A stretch of 64,000 bases of DNA. Origin: an uncultured delta proteobacterium (GTDB taxonomy: Bacteria > Desulfobacterota > Binatia > Binatales > Binataceae). Within the stretch, counting starts at the first letter, position 1, and every line of letters begins with the position of its first letter. The notes under the pieces were generated by a model. That model saw only the letters and a list, made by a program, of their open reading frames with translations, was not told the origin of the DNA and made no database searches. Positions 57,750 to 64,000 of the stretch are shown piece after piece. The position numbers and the translations under genes are program-made. Location of the stretch: NCBI GenBank assembly GCA_963765675.1, contig CAVXXK010000003.1:480001-544000 (forward strand), read 5' to 3'.

Positions 57750-58488
57750 ATGGCCAAGGTAATCGTCTTAGGTGCGACCAGCCCGATCGCGCGAATCCTC
57801 GCGATGCGCTTTGCCGCGGACGGCGACGCGGTTTATTTAGCCGCGCGCGACGCGGGCGAGGCAGCGAGAATCGCAAGCGACCTATCGGTACGCACGGGAG
57901 CGGTCGCGCTGTCAGGCGCATTCGACGCGGCCGATTTCGCCTCGCATACCGATTTCATCCGCCGCGCGACCGACGAGCTCGGCGGCATGGACGGCGTCGT
58001 GCTTTGCTTCGGCACGCTCGGCGACGAAGACGCGGCGCAGATCGATCCTGACGCCGCGCTGGCGACGCTGCATCAGAACTTCACCGGCGCGGTCAGCCTG
58101 ATGACGCTCGCCGGGACGCATTCTCGAACAACAGAAGCACGGCTTCATGATTGTGATCGGCTCGGTCGCCGGAGATCGCGGCCGCGCGAAAAATTATGTG
58201 TACGGCGCGGCCAAGGGCGGGCTGCATACTTTTACCCAGGGACTGCGCGGACGGCTCACGCGCGCGGGCGTCCACGTGATGACGGTCAAGCTCGGCACGG
58301 TCGACACGCGGATGACGTGGGGTCGCGAGGGAACTCTCCTCACCGTCTCTCCCGAGAAAGCCGCGAACGCGATTTACGCCGCGTACCAGCGCAAGGCTGA
58401 GGTCGTGTACGTACCGTGGTTCTGGCGCCCGATCATGGGAATCGTGAAGTTAATCCCGGAGCGGTTTTTCAAGCGCACCAGCTTCTAG
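57750..58488 (+). CDS. DprE2-like SDR reductase, +1 frameshift at about 58121
   Basis: LGATSPIA in one frame; SVAGDRGR..NYVYGAAK and GTVDTRMT in the next. Adjacent to the DprE1-like gene. Confidence 0.85.
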
Positions 58489-58491
58489 CGA

Positions 58492-59262
58492 TCACTCTTC
58501 CAAGTAGTAATCGATCGTCGAAACCAGACGCACCTTCTTGTCGATCGAGCGCGCTTCGTCGAAGCCGCTCTGCGAGCCGGAAGCGTCACGCGGAAGAATC
58601 TCGAACACGCCCTGATTGGCGCGCCGGATCGGGCCGAGCTTGCTGTTCGAATCGTTGGCGAACTGCTGCGCGACGGCGCGCGCGCTCTTGGTCGCCTCCG
58701 CCAGCATCGCGGGCCGGATCGAATCGAGGTTGGTAAAATAGTAGGCAGGATTGGCGATGCCGTTGTCGGGTTCGAGGTTGAGCACGATTCCCTGGCTGAT
58801 GAGATCACCGGTGAGTTGACCGGTCTGCGCAACGCGATCGACATTGCCCGAGCGGATCTGAATGCCGCCCTTGACCAGATAGCGCCCGTTGCTGCGATTT
58901 TGCGTGGCGCCGAACTGCTCGGTGTCGGTGACCTTTGCGGGGACTATTTCGATCTCGGCGTCCGTGAAGCCATGCTGATGCGCAAACGCAGTGACGAGCT
59001 TCGCGTCACGAACGATTTCAGTATTTGCCTTGATCACGTCGTCGCTGGTGGCGGTGTATGAGATGTTCCACACCGCCACGTCGGCTTTGACCGGCCGCTC
59101 GACCAATCCGCGGACCGTCACATAGCGGTCGCGTCCGCGCGCAGACAGAAACCCCTGCTCGATAAAATAGCCGCCCAGCGCAAGCCCGATCGCAACCAGC
59201 GCGCCCAGGATCGCAGCGCTCGAAGCAGGCATCCCGCGAGATTCCATGATTCGCGTCTCCAT
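58492..59262 (-). CDS. SIMPL (DUF541) domain protein
   Basis: VTVRGLVER.VKAD, IRRANQG.F.I and KKVRLVSTIDY motifs. Confidence 0.88.
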   Translation of the reverse strand: METRIMESRGMPASSAAILGALVAIGLALGGYFIEQGFLSARGRDRYVTVRGLVERPVKADVAVWNISYTATSDDVIKANTEIVRDAKLVTAFAHQHGFTDAEIEIVPAKVTDTEQFGATQNRSNGRYLVKGGIQIRSGNVDRVAQTGQLTGDLISQGIVLNLEPDNGIANPAYYFTNLDSIRPAMLAEATKSARAVAQQFANDSNSKLGPIRRANQGVFEILPRDASGSQSGFDEARSIDKKVRLVSTIDYYLEE

Positions 59263-59308
59263 CGTTATAGGCCGTCGCCCTAGAGGCTACGCGCAAACCG
59301 CAGAAAAG

Positions 59309-59339
59309 AAAGAGGCCCGATTTAGCGGGCCTCTTTTTT
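59309..59339. terminator. Rho-independent terminator (bidirectional-like) downstream of the oxidoreductase beta gene
   Basis: AAAGAGGCCCG-loop-CGGGCCTCTTTTTT, with an A-run on the left side. Confidence 0.8.
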
Positions 59340-59363
59340 CGATCATGTAAGTAATCTCGCGAG

Positions 59364-60365
59364 CTAGTTGACGGTCCAGGTGTCGCCGCGATTCAGGAGC
59401 TCGGTCAGATTGCCTGGGCCCTGCTTGGCCTTGGCGTCTTCGAGCTGCTTGTTGATCGCGCCGTCGTAGGTCGGACGCGAAACCGCGTAGAAGACTCCGA
59501 CCGGCGTCGGCATCGGCGCCTCGAAATTTCCGAGCATGAAGGCGAGCGAGAGATTGGTTTCGTCGTGGACCACGATGTCTTTTTCGCTGATGCCATTTTC
59601 GCCCAGCGTCACGACCTCGGGCCGCATCCCGTTCATCTTGATGCCCTTGTTGCGTTCCTTGCCGAAGAGCAGCGGCTTGCCATTCTCGAGGATCAACTGA
59701 TGCTCGGCTTTGATCGCCTTGTCGCTGACCTCGTTGAAAGCGCCGTCGTTGAAGATATTGCAGTTCTGCAGAATCTCGATGAACGACGCGCCGCGATGCG
59801 CATGCGCGCGCTTGAGCATCTCGCCCAGATGCTTCTGCTCGACGTCGATCGCGCGCGCGACGAAAGTCGCATGTGCGCCGAGCGCGACCGTGATCGGGTT
59901 GAAGGGAAAATCCACCGAACCCGCGGGAGTTGACTTGGTCACCTTGCCCACTTCGGACGTCGGCGAGTACTGGCCCTTGGTCAATCCGTAGATACGGTTG
60001 TTGAAGAGCAGAATCTTGAGGTCGATATTGCGGCGCAGCGCGTGGATCAGATGGTTGCCACCGATCGAGAGGCCGTCGCCGTCGCCGGTGACGACCCACA
60101 CGTCGAGGTCCGGCCGCGTAACCTTGAGACCGGTCGCGATCGCTGGCGCGCGTCCGTGAATCGTGTGAAAGCCGTAGGTGTTCATGTAGTACGGAAAGCG
60201 GCTCGAGCATCCGATGCCCGAGATGAAGACCGTGTTGTGCGGCGCGATGCCGAACTCGGGCATCGTCTTTTGAACCTGCGCCAGGATCGCGTAGTCACCG
60301 CATCCAGGACACCATCTTACTTCCTGGTCGGATTCGAAATCCTTGCGGGTAAATGCGGTAGCCAT
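59364..60365 (-). CDS. korB: 2-oxoacid:ferredoxin oxidoreductase beta subunit
   Basis: WCPGCGD, GIGCSS, HGRA, GDGD and YGLTKGQYSPT motifs. Confidence 0.92.
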   Translation of the reverse strand: MATAFTRKDFESDQEVRWCPGCGDYAILAQVQKTMPEFGIAPHNTVFISGIGCSSRFPYYMNTYGFHTIHGRAPAIATGLKVTRPDLDVWVVTGDGDGLSIGGNHLIHALRRNIDLKILLFNNRIYGLTKGQYSPTSEVGKVTKSTPAGSVDFPFNPITVALGAHATFVARAIDVEQKHLGEMLKRAHAHRGASFIEILQNCNIFNDGAFNEVSDKAIKAEHQLILENGKPLLFGKERNKGIKMNGMRPEVVTLGENGISEKDIVVHDETNLSLAFMLGNFEAPMPTPVGVFYAVSRPTYDGAINKQLEDAKAKQGPGNLTELLNRGDTWTVN

Positions 60366-60371
60366 TGGTCC

Positions 60372-62274
60372 TCAGCCCTCCAATACGCGGTTGATGCGGG
60401 TGACGATTTCGCTGACCTTGAACGGACGGCCCTGGATCTTGTTGAAGCCGACCGCGTCGATCAGGTAATCGGCGCGAACCATCTTCAGCAAATGGCCCAT
60501 GTTCATTTCGGCGATCATCACGGTCTTGAATTGGCGCAGCTTGGCAGCCAGATCGCGCGGCAGCGGATTCAGGTAGCGCAGATGGATGTGCGAGACCTTC
60601 TTGCCCTTCTCTCGCACCTGCTTGACGGCCTCGCGAATCGGACCGAAGGTGGAACCCCATCCGAGCACGACCAGGTCGCCGCCGTTCGCGTCGCCGAAGA
60701 TTTCAGTCGGCGGAATGTCCTGCGTGATCCCCGCGACCTTGCGCGCGCGCGTGCGGATCATCAGCTCGTGATTTGCGGGCGAGTAACTGATGTTGCCGGT
60801 CAGGTTCTCGCCGGTGATTCCGCCGAGCCGATGCTCGAGTCCCGGAGTGCCGGGAATCGCCCACGGACGCGCGAGCGTCTGGTCGTCGCGCGAGTACGGC
60901 AGAAATCCGACCGGGTCGGTTTCGAACTCAACTTTGATCGGCGCCAAGATCCTCAACCTTCGGCAGCAACCACGGCTCGGCGCCGTTGGCGAGCTGTCCG
61001 TCGGTGAGCAGGATCACAGGCGTCATGTACTTGACCGCGATTCGAACCGCCTCGTACGCGCAATCGAAACAATCGGCGGGAGTCGACGCGGCGATGATCG
61101 GAATCGGCGACTCGCCGTGACGTCCGTACATCGCCTGCAGCAAGTCGGCCTGCTCCGGCTTGGTCGGCATCCCGGTCGAAGGACCCGCGCGCTGGATGTC
61201 GGTAATCACGAGCGGCAGCTCGACCTTCACCGCCAGACCGACGGCCTCTGCCTTGAGATTCATGCCGGGGCCCGAGGTCGTGGTGATCGCGATCGCGCCG
61301 CCGAATGAGGCTCCGATCGCGGAGCACACGCCGGCAATCTCGTCCTCGGCCTGGAACGTATAGACCGGGAAATTCTTGAAGGTCGCGAGTTCATGCAGAA
61401 CGTCGCTGGCCGGCGTAATTGGGTATGATCCGAGGAACAGCGGACGATTCGATTTCACCGCCGCCGCGACAAATCCCAGCGCGGTCGCTGTGTTGCCCGT
61501 GATATTGCGGTAGAGGCCCGGAGCGATCTGCGCGGCGGGAACCTCGTACGACGAGGTGAACATCTCCGTGGTCTCGCCGTAATTGAAGCCGGCCTTGAAG
61601 ACGCGGATGTTCGCCTCGATGATCTCGGGATTCTTCTTGAACTTGCTCTCGATATACTCGATCGTGCTCTGGGTCGGGCGCTGATACAGCCACGAGAGCA
61701 TCCCCAGCACGAACATATTGCGGCTGCGGAACACGGCACGGTTGTTGAGTCCGAGCCCATGCACAGCGAGCGTGGTGAGCTTGGTCACGTCAACCTGGAT
61801 GACCTGGTACTTGTCGAGCGAATGGTCTGTGAGAGGATTATCGGTGTAGCCGGCGCGCTTCAGGTTCGCGGCGCTGAACGCCTCGCGATCGACGATTAGC
61901 AGGCCGTTGGGCGGCAGGTCTTCGAGGTTGGCCTTGAGCGCGGCCGGATTCATCGCGACCAGCACGTCGGGCTCGTCGCCGGCGGTAAAGATCTGATTGC
62001 TGGAAAAGTTGAGCTGAAATCCGCTGACTCCGGCGAGCGTACCCGCAGGGGCGCGGATCTCGGCCGGGAAATCCGGCAGCGTCGCGATATCGTTGCCGGC
62101 AAACGCCGACTCGGTCGTGAACTGCATCCCGGTCAACTGCATCCCGTCGCCGGAATCTCCGACGAAGCGGATGACGACGCGGTCTTTGCGCTGAAGAGGC
62201 TTCTTGGCGTCACCGGAACGGCGCTGACTCGGGGAGTCCGTAATCTGTCCGGCGGCCTCAGGTGGTACAGCCAT
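60372..62274 (-). CDS. korA: 2-oxoacid:ferredoxin oxidoreductase alpha subunit, +1 frameshift at about 60946
   Basis: GDSGDGMQL, YPITPAS, QAEDE and QRAGPSTG motifs; the C-terminal GWGST part lies in the next frame. Confidence 0.9.
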
Positions 62275-62407
62275 CTCGGTCCAATCTCCTTACGCTGACA
62301 ATCGTGGTGATGAAGACATTGTTGGGTTACATGCGGAACAAAAGCTCAATCGTATGCGCGGAACTAAAGTATATCTAATGTTAGGATTTCGTGAAAGAGG
62401 GGGTTGC

Positions 62408-62686
62408 TTATCTGATTTCAAACCCGGCGAGCTCTCCGCTCCACTCCATCCACTCCTGCTCCACTGAACTCACACTCGCGAACCGCGGCCCCTGATGCGC
62501 CCACGCCGCAAGCTTGTCCAATCCATCCTTATCCCCTTCGGCGACAATTTCAACGCCTCCGCCCGCCAGGTTTCGCGCCCATCCCGCAAGCCCGTGCCGC
62601 TGGGCCTCGGCGACGGCAGCCCAGCGGAAGCCGACGCCCTGCACCCGTCCGGTAACAATCAGCCGCATCCGCGCCCGTGCCGCCAT
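62408..62686 (-). CDS. acyP: Acylphosphatase
   Basis: GRVQGVGFR and GWARN motifs. Confidence 0.93.
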   Translation of the reverse strand: MAARARMRLIVTGRVQGVGFRWAAVAEAQRHGLAGWARNLAGGGVEIVAEGDKDGLDKLAAWAHQGPRFASVSSVEQEWMEWSGELAGFEIR

Positions 62687-62697
62687 CGCGAAATCCC

Positions 62698-64000
<1,303 letters not shown>

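Noticed and set aside
60372-62274. korA as a pseudogene or a naturally split gene
   Set aside because: A single extra T explains the break, and both parts and korB are otherwise intact.

Overview
GC-rich bacterial chromosomal window, densely coding (about 55 genes). I found no rRNA, tRNA, CRISPR array, integrase or transposase. The gene content (paralogous acyl-CoA dehydrogenases, LLM monooxygenase, P450, sulfatase, a Thr/Pro-linker surface protein, 2-oxoacid:ferredoxin oxidoreductase) resembles soil Binatota/Deltaproteobacteria-like genomes; this is an inference only. The most notable elements are: (1) an exported three-gene operon at 32929-36269 encoding a MauG/MbnH-type di-heme enzyme, a Tat-exported metallophosphoesterase with a GEHD motif and a WxW motif, and a SoxA/TsdA-like cytochrome with a candidate His/Cys-ligated heme; (2) a compact PHA locus (phasin-like gene, class III phaC, short phaE/phaR-like gene) divergent from a Crp-family regulator with a CooA-like RQ recognition helix, with three TGTCG-N6-CGACA-like boxes in the relevant promoter regions; (3) a modular palindromic intergenic repeat family with six copies, two of which bracket a compositionally atypical FHA/zinc-ribbon/membrane gene; (4) several polyprenyl-sugar surface glycosylation modules; (5) an ECF sigma/double-cupin/VOC module. 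At least eight +1 single-base frameshifts break otherwise intact genes and most likely are sequencing errors.
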